Of a stretch of 64,000 nucleotides of DNA, positions 9,071 through 17,589 are shown one piece after another. Position numbers and translations under genes: made by a program. The notes under the pieces were generated by a model. It was given only the letters and a program-made list of their open reading frames with translations, ran no database searches and had not been told where the DNA came from. Each line of letters starts with the position of its first letter. Position 1 is the first letter of the stretch. This DNA comes from Methanomassiliicoccales archaeon (lineage in GTDB: Archaea > Thermoplasmatota > Thermoplasmata > Methanomassiliicoccales > UBA472), in contig DATJOX010000030.1 of assembly GCA_035506675.1 (NCBI GenBank), positions 14,796 through 78,795 on the forward strand, in the 5' to 3' direction.

Positions 9071-9772
9071 ATGCGCATCGTCGGCCTGGCGAAGACCTCG
9101 CTTTTGGACTGGGACGGGAACGTTACCGCTGTGCTGTACCTGCCAGGCTGCAACTTCCGTTGCCCGGTCTGCCACAACCGCGAGCTGGTCCTCGAGCCCG
9201 ATCGGGTGGACGAGGTGCCGTGGGAAGAGGTCGAGGGCTTCATCAACGAGAACCGTGAGTTCCTGGACGGGGTTGTGGTCTCGGGCGGCGAACCTACCAT
9301 ACACAAGGACCTTCCGGAGCTGCTTCGCAAACTGAAGCGCCTCGGGGTCAGGGTCAAGTTGGATACCAACGGCTCGAGGCCGGACGTCATTCAAGCGCTC
9401 ATCGAAGAAGGTCTGGTAGACTTCATCGCCATGGACCTGAAGGCGCCTCTCGATTCCAAGTACAACGGTGTCGCGGGCGTCGAAGTGGACCTATCGGCGA
9501 TAAAGCGCTCGATCGAGATCGTCATGTCCTCGGGCGTCGATTACGAGTTCCGCACAACCGTGGTGCCGGTCCTCCTCAAGGATGCCGACTACGAGCGCAT
9601 CGCCGCGTACATCGGGACGGCGAAGAAGTACGCATTGCAGCATTTCCGCCCGAAGAACACGCTGGACCCGAACTTCTCGGTGCTCGATCCCATCCCCGAG
9701 GAGCGCATGAAAGCGATCGCCGAGAAGTGCAAGCCATACGTCAGGCGCGTGGTCATCCGCGGAGGCATCTGA
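9071..9772 (+). CDS. radical SAM activating enzyme (anaerobic RNR activase / PflA-like family)
   Basis: 233 aa with the CNFRCPVC (Cx3Cx2C) cluster motif near the N-terminus and a GGEPT motif. Confidence 0.8.
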   Translation: MRIVGLAKTSLLDWDGNVTAVLYLPGCNFRCPVCHNRELVLEPDRVDEVPWEEVEGFINENREFLDGVVVSGGEPTIHKDLPELLRKLKRLGVRVKLDTNGSRPDVIQALIEEGLVDFIAMDLKAPLDSKYNGVAGVEVDLSAIKRSIEIVMSSGVDYEFRTTVVPVLLKDADYERIAAYIGTAKKYALQHFRPKNTLDPNFSVLDPIPEERMKAIAEKCKPYVRRVVIRGGI

Positions 9773-9876
9773 GTGATTATCACAACCGGCCCTGTGGACA
9801 ATAGTTTTTAGTATCGACCCCCGCCATCAATTCGCGAGCACTGGCATCATCCAGCTACCGTTAGGAAGGGTTCAAC

Positions 9877-10590
9877 TTGAGCACGGACCAGCGCCTGAAG
9901 ACCTACATCGACGGCTACGATCGCATTCTCGAGGGCGGCATCCCGGCGGGGCAGATAATCCTTATCTCCGGCACGCCCGGGACGATGAAGTCCTCCCTGT
10001 CCTACTACATCCTCTACCACAACGTCCTCGAGGGCGGACAGACCGGAGTCTACATCACGCTCGAGCAGTCCCGCGCCTCGCTCATCCGCCAGATGGAGAA
10101 GATGGGGATGGACCCGGGAGCGGCGCCGGACCGACTTCACGTGCTGGACCTGGGCATCATCAGAAAGAAGCTCAAAGAGACCTCCACCGGGGGTTCCTGG
10201 ATGCAGGTGTTCAAGGGCTACGTGGGGAACCTCAAGCAGAGCATGGGGTTCAACATCATGGTCATCGACTCCCTGGACGTCCTCGAGACGATGGCGGGCA
10301 TCTCTCATCGGCGCACCGACCTCTTCTATCTCTTCGAGTGGCTGCGGGATTTGGGCGTCACCGTGTTCCTTATCTCCGAGGCGACCTCGGACAGGCTCCT
10401 CGATGGCTCCTACGACGAAGGATACCTCAGCGACGGGATCATCGCTCTCCGAATGCAGGTGGTGAGGGACGTTGAGACGCAGAGGCGCATCCGCACCGTG
10501 AAGATGCGCGAGACCAACCACGATCCGTCCTACTTCTCGCTCCTCTACAGCAGCGGCAAGTTCCAGGTGACCAAGGTCATCAGCGAGTAA
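9877..10590 (+). CDS. single-domain KaiC/RecA-superfamily ATPase (paralogue 1)
   Basis: 237 aa with a TTG start. It has a Walker-A-like GTPGTMKS, a Walker-B-like MVIDSLD and a C-terminal RRIRTVKMRETNH. Confidence 0.8.
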   Translation: MSTDQRLKTYIDGYDRILEGGIPAGQIILISGTPGTMKSSLSYYILYHNVLEGGQTGVYITLEQSRASLIRQMEKMGMDPGAAPDRLHVLDLGIIRKKLKETSTGGSWMQVFKGYVGNLKQSMGFNIMVIDSLDVLETMAGISHRRTDLFYLFEWLRDLGVTVFLISEATSDRLLDGSYDEGYLSDGIIALRMQVVRDVETQRRIRTVKMRETNHDPSYFSLLYSSGKFQVTKVISE

Positions 10591-10601
10591 CCGGTGCGAA
10601 C

Positions 10602-12062
10602 ATGGTCAAGCGCTTCGAATGCCCGAGATGCGGTTCCGGGGTGCGCCCGGACGACGAACAGTGCTTCCGCTGCGGGGAGATGCTGCGCGAGGAGGTCCGT
10701 CCCCTGAACATCCCTGACGTGAGCATGCGCCCTGAGGTGCTTGGCAAGACCACGAGCCAACTGGTCGAGCGCCCGACCGTGCATCCCGAGAAAGTGGAGA
10801 TGGACGCGAAGGCGAAGGCGATGCAGCGCCGCGAGCGGGAATTGGCCGAGAAGGAAAGGGTCATCAGCGCCTCAGTCGAGCAACTGGAGAATGATACCCG
10901 CGCCCTCGAGGAGGCAATCAAGCGCTTCGAACGCGAGGACCAAGAGATGCGAGAGCGGGAGGAGATCCTCAAGCAGCGCGAGCTCACCATGTCCTCATTG
11001 GCGCAGCGCGTGGAAGGAGCGTTGCCAGAGGTCGAAGGCGAGCCCGGTGCCGAGGCCCAGCTCAGCCAGTTGAAGGAACTCTCGCAAGATTACTCGAAGC
11101 GCGTGAGCGACGAGCGCAGGCGGCAGAAGGCAGAGCTCGACAAGGAAATCGAGGAGCGCCTGAACCGGTTGAAGACGATCCAAGAGCTGGTGGCGGCGGC
11201 CCAGAGCGTTACGCCCTCGAGCGTCGTCATCGAAGCCCATCACCCCGAGGTGTTCGATCAGTCGAACGAGATGCCCGAGGAGGAGCTGGCGGCCGCGGTC
11301 GCGTCCGTGGACGCGGCCGTGCGCGATCAGCTGAGCGCAGCTGCGTCAGTCCCCATTGCGAGCCTGATCACCACCGGCGACGAGAAGCTCGACAACATCC
11401 TCGGCGGCGGCATACCCTCCGGCCACATCCTTATTGTCAACGGGCCCTCTGGCTCGATGAAGAGCACCCTCTGCTATCACATCGTGCACAACGCCGCGAA
11501 GACCGGCGATCGGCGCTCGCTCTACTTCTCGCTCGAACAGAAACGGGACTCGATAATCCGGCAGATGGAGCGCATGGGCATGCCGCTCGCAGAGGCGAGG
11601 GACAAGATGCTCGTGGTGGACATGGTGGACATGCGCAAGGCGACGGAGAACGACCCGGGCGATTGGCGCAGCGTCCTGATGCGCTACGTGAAGAACCTGC
11701 ACGAGCAGATGCCCTTCGACCTCTTCGTGCTCGATTCGCTCGAGTCCTTCAAGGGCATGGCGCAGTTCGCCTTCACCCGCCAGGACATGCGGGACCTGTT
11801 CGACTGGTTCCGCGAGCTGAACGTCTCGGTGCTGGTGATCACCGAGAACTCGTACGACGTGCTCATGCAGAGCGCCCAGGGCGAGACCTATCTGGCGGAC
11901 GGGGTCGTCGAGCTGCAAATGAAGGAGTTCGACGCGCGCGTCTACCGGTGGCTGCGCTGCATCAAGATGCGCGGGATGCACAACGAGACCCGCTACTACG
12001 CCTTCTACCACGACGGTCACGAGTTCAAGTTCTCCCTCCCCCTGGTCGATTCTGGCGTCTAG
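10602..12062 (+). CDS. zinc-ribbon / coiled-coil / KaiC-like ATPase fusion (paralogue 2)
   Basis: N-terminal CPRCG-x10-CFRCG, then about 200 aa of E/K/R/Q-rich heptad-like sequence. The C-terminal domain has GPSGSMKS, FVLDSLE and IKMRGMHNE. Confidence 0.8.
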   Translation: MVKRFECPRCGSGVRPDDEQCFRCGEMLREEVRPLNIPDVSMRPEVLGKTTSQLVERPTVHPEKVEMDAKAKAMQRRERELAEKERVISASVEQLENDTRALEEAIKRFEREDQEMREREEILKQRELTMSSLAQRVEGALPEVEGEPGAEAQLSQLKELSQDYSKRVSDERRRQKAELDKEIEERLNRLKTIQELVAAAQSVTPSSVVIEAHHPEVFDQSNEMPEEELAAAVASVDAAVRDQLSAAASVPIASLITTGDEKLDNILGGGIPSGHILIVNGPSGSMKSTLCYHIVHNAAKTGDRRSLYFSLEQKRDSIIRQMERMGMPLAEARDKMLVVDMVDMRKATENDPGDWRSVLMRYVKNLHEQMPFDLFVLDSLESFKGMAQFAFTRQDMRDLFDWFRELNVSVLVITENSYDVLMQSAQGETYLADGVVELQMKEFDARVYRWLRCIKMRGMHNETRYYAFYHDGHEFKFSLPLVDSGV

Positions 12063-12159
12063 GGAGTCATCAAAATTCGACATCTGGGATAGAAAAGCCT
12101 AATATTATCAAACCGTATAGGGCCACGTCCCGGGAGGCAACACTCTGCACATCGAGCGC

Positions 12160-12858
12160 GTGCGCACGTATATCCAGAATTTCGACGAATCGCTGCAGGG
12201 CGGCATCCCGAAGAACCACGTGGTGCTCCTTACTGGTACCCCTGGTACGATGAAGTCCTCGGTCTCGTACAGCATTCTCTATCAGAACGCTCTGCAGAAC
12301 AAGACCAAGTCCGTCTACATGACTCTCGAGCAGTCGCGCGAGAACCTCCTGCAGCAGATGCACGCCATGGGCATGGACAAGGAGGAGGCGAAGGAGTACG
12401 TGCACATTCTGGACCTCGGGCTCATACGCAAATCGCTCACGCAGCTCAGCGCCAAGGGCACGTGGCTCCAGGTGTTCAAGATGTACGCGGAGAGCCTGAA
12501 GCACTCGCTGAACTACGAGATGCTCGTCGTCGACTCGTTGGACGTGCTCGAGATGGCGGCGCAGATCGGCGAGAACCGCCGGACGGAGCTGTTCTTCCTC
12601 TTCGAGTGGCTGCGCAACCTCGGCATCACGACCTTCCTTCTGTCGGAGACCGCCCCGGACAAGATGTTCGAGAACAAATACGACGAGGGCTACCTGGCGG
12701 ACGGAGTGATCTCGCTGAAGTTGCACGAGCTCGGCGAGACGGACATCCAGAGGCGCATTCGAGCGGTGAAGATGCGCTCGACGAACCACAAGACCGGGTA
12801 CTTCTCGCTGCTGTTCAACGACGGCACGTTCAGAGCGACCCAGGTCATCACCGAGTGA
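12160..12858 (+). CDS. single-domain KaiC/RecA-superfamily ATPase (paralogue 3)
   Basis: 232 aa with a GTG start. It looks close to 50 percent identical to paralogue 1 by eye (GTPGTMKS, LVVDSLD, RRIRAVKMRSTNH). Confidence 0.8.
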   Translation: MRTYIQNFDESLQGGIPKNHVVLLTGTPGTMKSSVSYSILYQNALQNKTKSVYMTLEQSRENLLQQMHAMGMDKEEAKEYVHILDLGLIRKSLTQLSAKGTWLQVFKMYAESLKHSLNYEMLVVDSLDVLEMAAQIGENRRTELFFLFEWLRNLGITTFLLSETAPDKMFENKYDEGYLADGVISLKLHELGETDIQRRIRAVKMRSTNHKTGYFSLLFNDGTFRATQVITE

Positions 12859-12914
12859 GCATTTATCCTGCTATTCGCCTACCATTCATCGTGAGCGAGA
12901 GCTGGCGTTCCTCG

Positions 12915-13856
12915 ATGCGGGTCGATACGGTCCCGGTGCTCATGAGGTCGAGGAGCGAGGCGGTGAGGTTCCTCGCGAAACGCGACCTGCTCGACGAGGA
13001 GGATGGGGACGGGCGAAGTTTGTGGGAGTTGCCGGCGGCGAGGAGACTAGTCTCGAAGCAGCGGCGCGACGGCTCGTGGAAGTACCCATCGCACAAGGCC
13101 TTCCAGAGAGCGTATGATACGTACCAGACGTATCTGACGTTAGGTGACCTGGTGGAGAAGTACTCCTTCAATCGTGGGAGCGACGCCGTGCGAAGCGCCG
13201 TCGACTACATCTTCTCCTCTCAGACAGATGAAGGCGATATCCGAGGCATCTACGGCCCGCAGTACAGTCCGAACTACACGGCAGCGATGACGGAGATTGC
13301 AATCAAGGCTGGCTTTGCCGGCGACCCTAGGATCGAAAAGGCGCTCGACTGGGTATTCGGTATGCGGCAAAATGATGGTGGCTGGGCGATACCCATCCGC
13401 ACCGTCGGCATGGGCTACTACGAGTCCCTGAGTGTCCCAGGACCAATCCAGCCGGACAGAAGAAAGCGGTTCTCGCATCTCATCACTGGCATCGTGCTGC
13501 GCGCCTTTGCCGCTCATGAGCGATGGCGTGACAAAGAAGAGATTCTAAAGGCGGCGGGTCTGCTGGTGAGTCGCTTCTTCAAATCGGACGTTTACACTGA
13601 TCGCCGCTCGCCGCTGAACTGGGAGGCCGTATCGTACCCGTTCCACTGGACCGACATATTGTCATCCCTCGATACGGTCTCTAGGCTTGGCATCACGAGT
13701 TCGGATCGGAACGTGAAGAAAGGCCTCGAATGGATGCACGCGATGCAGAAGCCGTCGGGATATTTCGGAATGAAGCTCCTCGCCCATGCCAGGGAGCCCG
13801 ATATCGACGAATGGATCGTTCTTGCGGCCAGCCGGGTTTTCAAGAGTCTCGCCTGA
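12915..13856 (+). CDS. prenyltransferase/squalene-oxidase-repeat-like (alpha/alpha toroid) protein
   Basis: Repeated Q/R-x-x-DG-x-W type motifs (KQRRDGSWKYP, MRQNDGGWAIP, MQKPSGYFG). The ORF opens at 12462 but overlaps the preceding gene there. Start taken at ATG 12915; GTG 12891 is possible. Confidence 0.6.
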   Translation: MRVDTVPVLMRSRSEAVRFLAKRDLLDEEDGDGRSLWELPAARRLVSKQRRDGSWKYPSHKAFQRAYDTYQTYLTLGDLVEKYSFNRGSDAVRSAVDYIFSSQTDEGDIRGIYGPQYSPNYTAAMTEIAIKAGFAGDPRIEKALDWVFGMRQNDGGWAIPIRTVGMGYYESLSVPGPIQPDRRKRFSHLITGIVLRAFAAHERWRDKEEILKAAGLLVSRFFKSDVYTDRRSPLNWEAVSYPFHWTDILSSLDTVSRLGITSSDRNVKKGLEWMHAMQKPSGYFGMKLLAHAREPDIDEWIVLAASRVFKSLA

Positions 13857-13877
13857 AATCGGCTCGACCATCAAGGC

Positions 13878-13884
13878 TTAATAT
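13878..13884 (+). promoter_or_regulatory. TATA-like box for tRNA-Val
   Basis: TTAATAT lies about 30 nt upstream of the tRNA 5' end, in a locally AT-rich stretch. Confidence 0.3.
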
Positions 13885-13912
13885 CCGAGGTTCGTTTTTG
13901 GGGCTGCCATCT

Positions 13913-13985
13913 GGGCTCATGGTCTAGCGGTTATGACGTTTGCCTCACACGCAGAAGGTCGCCGGTTCGAATCCGGCTGAGCCCA
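13913..13985 (+). tRNA. tRNA-Val (anticodon CAC)
   Basis: Folded by hand. The acceptor stem is GGGCTCA/TGAGCCC and the D arm is GTCT..TGAC. The anticodon stem is TTTGC/GCAGA with loop CTCACAC, and the T arm is GCCGG-TTCGAAT-CCGGC. No CCA is encoded. Confidence 0.95.
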
Positions 13986-14007
13986 CTCACACTCTTATCC
14001 AGACAAT
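13973..14007. repeat. att-like direct repeat, proximal copy (tRNA-Val 3' end plus 22 nt)
   Basis: CCGGCTGAGCCCACT (13973-13987) and ATCCAGACAAT (13997-14007) both recur in the same order and orientation at 32900-32932. Confidence 0.7.
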
Positions 14008-14024
14008 TATTTATTGAATTCAAT

Positions 14025-15005
14025 TCAATCGTTTTCAGCGTTGATAGCTGGCTCGGGCTTGAAGATCGTATTGTATGCTTCATTGACCCGGGCGAACGCA
14101 GGTTCAGCTCTGGCGCGGCAATAGTACCGCTCCGTTGTCTGTGTCGATGCGTGCCTCATGCTACGAGATACCTGATCAATAGGGACGCCGGCATCGAGCG
14201 CCAACTGCCCTCCGGTCGGCCGAAAGTCCTTCCACTTGAAGCGGATACCCGCCTTCTTCATGACCTCGTCCTTGAGCCGCCCGAAGGCCTGCTGGCTATA
14301 AACTCTGACGCCCTTGCTCGAGACTGCCGGGACCAGCGTCTCGCTCCCCCTGATGCCCTTGCTCGCCAGCATCGATCCCCTGGCCTTAAGGAAATCGAGG
14401 ACGAACGGCCTGAGCACATCCGGGACCGGAAGCCGCTTGCTCTCGCCGTACAGCCCCTTCCCTTTGGGATTGGCGACCAGGAACGTCCACTTCCTCGTAT
14501 CCAAGTCCCGAAGCGAGGCCGTGCGAAGCTCGCTCGGCCTCAGGCGCAGGAACGTCAGCATTGCGATCGAGAAGCGACACGCTTCTCCCTTCCATCCGCC
14601 GACCTTCCTGCAGGCTTCGAGGATAGTGGTCAGTTCCTGCCAGTCCAGGCAGAACGGTTCCTGGACGTCGTTCCCGATGCGGATCCTGCCGTCAGCCAAC
14701 ATGTCCTCGACCACCCTATTGCCGCACTCCCGGCAAACGGAGTTCAACATCTGTACGTACTTCCGCACTGTGGAGCGCTTCCTTGCGTTGTCAGCCTTGA
14801 GCGCCACCACGATCTCGATGACGTCCGCCTCCGAGAGCTTGGTCGGGTTCGAGTTTTCGATCTTCTCCGCGTCGTAGAGCTGCTGCACCATCCTAGACAG
14901 GAATCGAAGCTTCCGCTCCCTCTCCTCGATCGTGCTCTCGCCCAACCTCGCGCGGGAGTTCCTCAGGTACCTGCGACATGCGCACGCGAAGGGGTATCTG
15001 CCCAT
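14025..15005 (-). CDS. tyrosine recombinase / phage-type integrase
   Basis: The C-terminal catalytic region has LRPSELR, FRPTGG and MRHASTQTTERYY (Arg, His and the Tyr nucleophile). The ORF opens at 15212, and the ATG at 15005 gives 326 aa. Confidence 0.85.
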   Translation of the reverse strand: MGRYPFACACRRYLRNSRARLGESTIEERERKLRFLSRMVQQLYDAEKIENSNPTKLSEADVIEIVVALKADNARKRSTVRKYVQMLNSVCRECGNRVVEDMLADGRIRIGNDVQEPFCLDWQELTTILEACRKVGGWKGEACRFSIAMLTFLRLRPSELRTASLRDLDTRKWTFLVANPKGKGLYGESKRLPVPDVLRPFVLDFLKARGSMLASKGIRGSETLVPAVSSKGVRVYSQQAFGRLKDEVMKKAGIRFKWKDFRPTGGQLALDAGVPIDQVSRSMRHASTQTTERYYCRARAEPAFARVNEAYNTIFKPEPAINAEND

Positions 15006-15269
15006 GCTCGCACCTCTTGCGTGGCTATCGGTGAAGCCGTCAGACCTCGGCCTGTGCTTGCTCGTTCGCCGGTCCGCGGCTCCAGGGGCGAGTTGTTCGC
15101 GATGCCGTGATTTCCTCGCCCCCGATAGCATAGAGCGCGGGTGCTCTGTAATCTTGCCGGTCTGTCTCGAAGCCCCGCGATGGGGGTGCGGGCCGTTGCA
15201 AGCCTCGTTCAACTTCCACTATCACCGATACAAAAGCCAATAGAGCTTGAAACGCGATTGCGAACAAGA

Positions 15270-16073
15270 ATGGGGAGCAAGGACGACCGAATCGCTGAAA
15301 TAGCCAATCCTGAGCCATGCAACGACGATTCGTTGATCAGGGATGAGGCGCTGCGTCTCAGCGGCGCCTTCAGAGCGATAGGACCGATAAACGAACGTGA
15401 CATCCGACGGATGGCCGCGAAGGGCTTGGACCATCAGCTCAAGATGGTCCTCCTGTCGCAGATGCTCTTTCCCCGACTGTGCTCGATAATCGGAAGGGGT
15501 CTTACGATCGAAGAGCTGAGCCTTCTGGTAGGACTGGATGTAGCGGCCGCGAAGAGAGCGGTGAAAGCATCGAAGCTGGCAAAGGTGGCGGACATCACAC
15601 CTGTCAAAGTCGACAGTGAGCGGTTCGTAAAGGTCATGGTGCCGCTCAAGAGGACGATCAGCACTGAGGGAGGTGAGGTTCGGGAGCGGCCGGTCAGGGA
15701 GCCTATTCTGGCACGAAGGGAATTGGTCGAGCGAGTACAGCGAGAAGGCTATGTCACGAGAGAAGGCCGAGTCCTGCGTCATGATTACCTCGGATGGTTT
15801 CAGGACCAATGCCAACCGTCTACTTCTTCCGAAGCATCAACCAAGCGAGCGAAGCAGGAACTGGCCGAAGCGGGAACGAGTTCACTAGGGAGAGCACAAG
15901 CGCTGATCAAAAATACATTCGCGCGGAGCTGGAAGCTGCCGCTGCCGTGCTGGCATTCCTGGCGCCGCTCTTCCGCAGCGAGCATGCCCAGGTCATTGTT
16001 GAGCACCTTGCGAATTTCTTCTTTGCAACATATGAGAATGCCATACACTTCGCCTCGAGGCACCAAGCGTTGA
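15270..16073 (+). CDS. hypothetical protein of the integrase module (only about 15270-15911 looks coding)
   Basis: Starts MGSKDDRIAEI... The frame looks protein-like up to about 15911, after which frame +2 takes over. Confidence 0.35.
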   Translation: MGSKDDRIAEIANPEPCNDDSLIRDEALRLSGAFRAIGPINERDIRRMAAKGLDHQLKMVLLSQMLFPRLCSIIGRGLTIEELSLLVGLDVAAAKRAVKASKLAKVADITPVKVDSERFVKVMVPLKRTISTEGGEVRERPVREPILARRELVERVQREGYVTREGRVLRHDYLGWFQDQCQPSTSSEASTKRAKQELAEAGTSSLGRAQALIKNTFARSWKLPLPCWHSWRRSSAASMPRSLLSTLRISSLQHMRMPYTSPRGTKR

Positions 16074-16270
16074 GAGACCAGGCTACGTTCGATGAAATTG
16101 AACGCTTGGTATTGCCGCTGCAAGCAGCGGCACAGGGGCTCGAGAGGAACGAGTGGATCAAGGAAGAGCGCATGAGGAAGAGCGTCGCGACGGCGATGGA
16201 CAAGGTGTTGAAGGAGCTTGAGGCTGTGATTGAAGGGCGAGCTATGCTAGTTCCCGGCGTACTCCCATAG
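15794..16270 (+). CDS. hypothetical protein / downstream half of a frameshifted gene (coding-looking from about 15911)
   Basis: KYIRAELEAAAAVLAFLAPLFRSEHAQVIVEHLANFFFATYENAIHFASRHQ... is clearly protein-like. The N-terminal 40 aa of the listed ORF are not. Confidence 0.35.
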   Translation: MVSGPMPTVYFFRSINQASEAGTGRSGNEFTRESTSADQKYIRAELEAAAAVLAFLAPLFRSEHAQVIVEHLANFFFATYENAIHFASRHQALRDQATFDEIERLVLPLQAAAQGLERNEWIKEERMRKSVATAMDKVLKELEAVIEGRAMLVPGVLP

Positions 16271-16288
16271 ATCGTCCGACAGCCCCAA

Positions 16289-16669
16289 CTAGTCCCGACG
16301 ACAACTTTCGTGGAAATACCTCATCTTCTCCACGGCTGCACTAACCTGCTGTATCTCCTTGGGATTCAACAGGTTCCAGCGGATCGGTTTGCCGCACCGA
16401 ATGCATCTTCCAAGAATGACTCCGCCAAGTGCTCTTTGGATCGCCTCTACCTCGATCGCATCTCTTTCTTGTTCCTCGATTCGTTTGTTGTTTGTCTGGG
16501 CGGCCTCAGCCATCCCCGCTCCGATGAGCACGAGTTCGCGCAGTGTCCTCCCTGCTGCGCAGAGGTTGTCGAGGCGCTTGCGCTCCTCCTCAGAGACGCG
16601 AAAGGACACTACGGGCTTCTTGGCATCGTATCGGGTTTTCGCATTTTCCCTCTTGTTCTTCGGTATCAT
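16289..16669 (-). CDS. ribbon-helix-helix-like small protein with C-terminal Cys/His motif
   Basis: 126 aa. VSFRVSEEERKRLDNL is a typical RHH beta-strand/helix start, followed by CIRCGKP...HESC at the C-terminus. Confidence 0.55.
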   Translation of the reverse strand: MIPKNKRENAKTRYDAKKPVVSFRVSEEERKRLDNLCAAGRTLRELVLIGAGMAEAAQTNNKRIEEQERDAIEVEAIQRALGGVILGRCIRCGKPIRWNLLNPKEIQQVSAAVEKMRYFHESCRRD

Positions 16670-16684
16670 CCTAATCGGTGACCA

Positions 16685-16732
16685 TATCGTTTACGACATA
16701 GATTACTATTCGTTTACGCGTATCGTTTACGA
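16685..16732. repeat. three direct TAT(T)CGTTTACG repeats (iteron/operator-like)
   Basis: TATCGTTTACGA occurs at 16685-16696 and 16721-16732, and TATTCGTTTACG at 16707-16718. They sit 16-63 nt upstream of the RHH gene start. Confidence 0.55.
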
Positions 16733-16800
16733 GGGGTGCTAGGCGTTATCCGCGCTGCAAATTGTGCCTGAACCCCACTTGAACTGATTGCTAGCCGCCC

Positions 16801-17589
16801 TCACGAAGACCTTGCGCGAATCGCCCTCAATAGCGCAACAAACGTGGCTTCCTCTGGCATTACATCCACCTTAACACCAAGAGCCTCCAACGCCTTCTTT
16901 GTTGGAGGACCAATCGCACCGACGAGTTTCAGATTCAAAGAGAGTCTTGCATCGGCCTCGGAGTACTTCAGGGCCCATTCAGCCACGAAGCTGTGTGCCG
17001 ACATTGAGCTAGTGAATGCAAATGCATCAACCCTCCCTTCCCTTGCCGATTTGATCACGGCCATGAGCTCATCTGACGCAACGGACCGGTGAAGTCTGTA
17101 CACGACCACCTCTCTTACAGAAACGCCGCTTGACTCAAGCCCCTCAGACATCACTTTCGATCCTTGGTCAGATCGCAGCACCCAGACCGTCCGGGGCCTA
17201 GGGCTCAAATCCGTTATCGCCTCGACTGCACCCTCGGACGTGAAACACTTGGGAACCAGGCTATCCCGCAATCCTATTCTGTCCAACCTTCGCTTGGTAA
17301 CTGGCCCGATTGAAATCAGTGGAACATGGCTCAGTCCCAGCAAGAGGGCGTCCCTCTCCCTCCGATGGTCGGCAAGATCAAACGCCGCGTCGACTCCCGT
17401 GGCCGAGGTGAACACAACCATCTCCACTTCCCTATTTGCGAGCCCCTTGAGGAATGCGGAGAACTCTTCGCTGTCATGCACCTCAACGTCGACGGGCGAG
17501 GCTGCCACTACCTCGAAGCCCATATCGCGAGCGAGCGCAATAGATTCTTGGAGTCGGTCCTTAGGGCGCATTATGGCCAGTACTGTCAT
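16801..17589 (-). CDS. hemD: uroporphyrinogen-III synthase
   Basis: 262 aa with a HemD-like two-domain pattern. The start overlaps the stop of the upstream hemC-cobA fusion by 4 nt. Confidence 0.75.
   Translation of the reverse strand: MTVLAIMRPKDRLQESIALARDMGFEVVAASPVDVEVHDSEEFSAFLKGLANREVEMVVFTSATGVDAAFDLADHRRERDALLLGLSHVPLISIGPVTKRRLDRIGLRDSLVPKCFTSEGAVEAITDLSPRPRTVWVLRSDQGSKVMSEGLESSGVSVREVVVYRLHRSVASDELMAVIKSAREGRVDAFAFTSSMSAHSFVAEWALKYSEADARLSLNLKLVGAIGPPTKKALEALGVKVDVMPEEATFVALLRAIRARSS

Noticed and set aside
12462-12914. N-terminal 150 aa of ORF 12462-13856
   Set aside because: It overlaps the third KaiC-like gene out of frame and has an Arg/Gly/Asp/Pro-rich, non-protein-like translation. 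The real gene starts near 12891 or 12915.
14151-15110. 319-aa ORF on the plus strand
   Set aside because: It is antisense to the integrase gene, which has the catalytic R...R...H...Y pattern.
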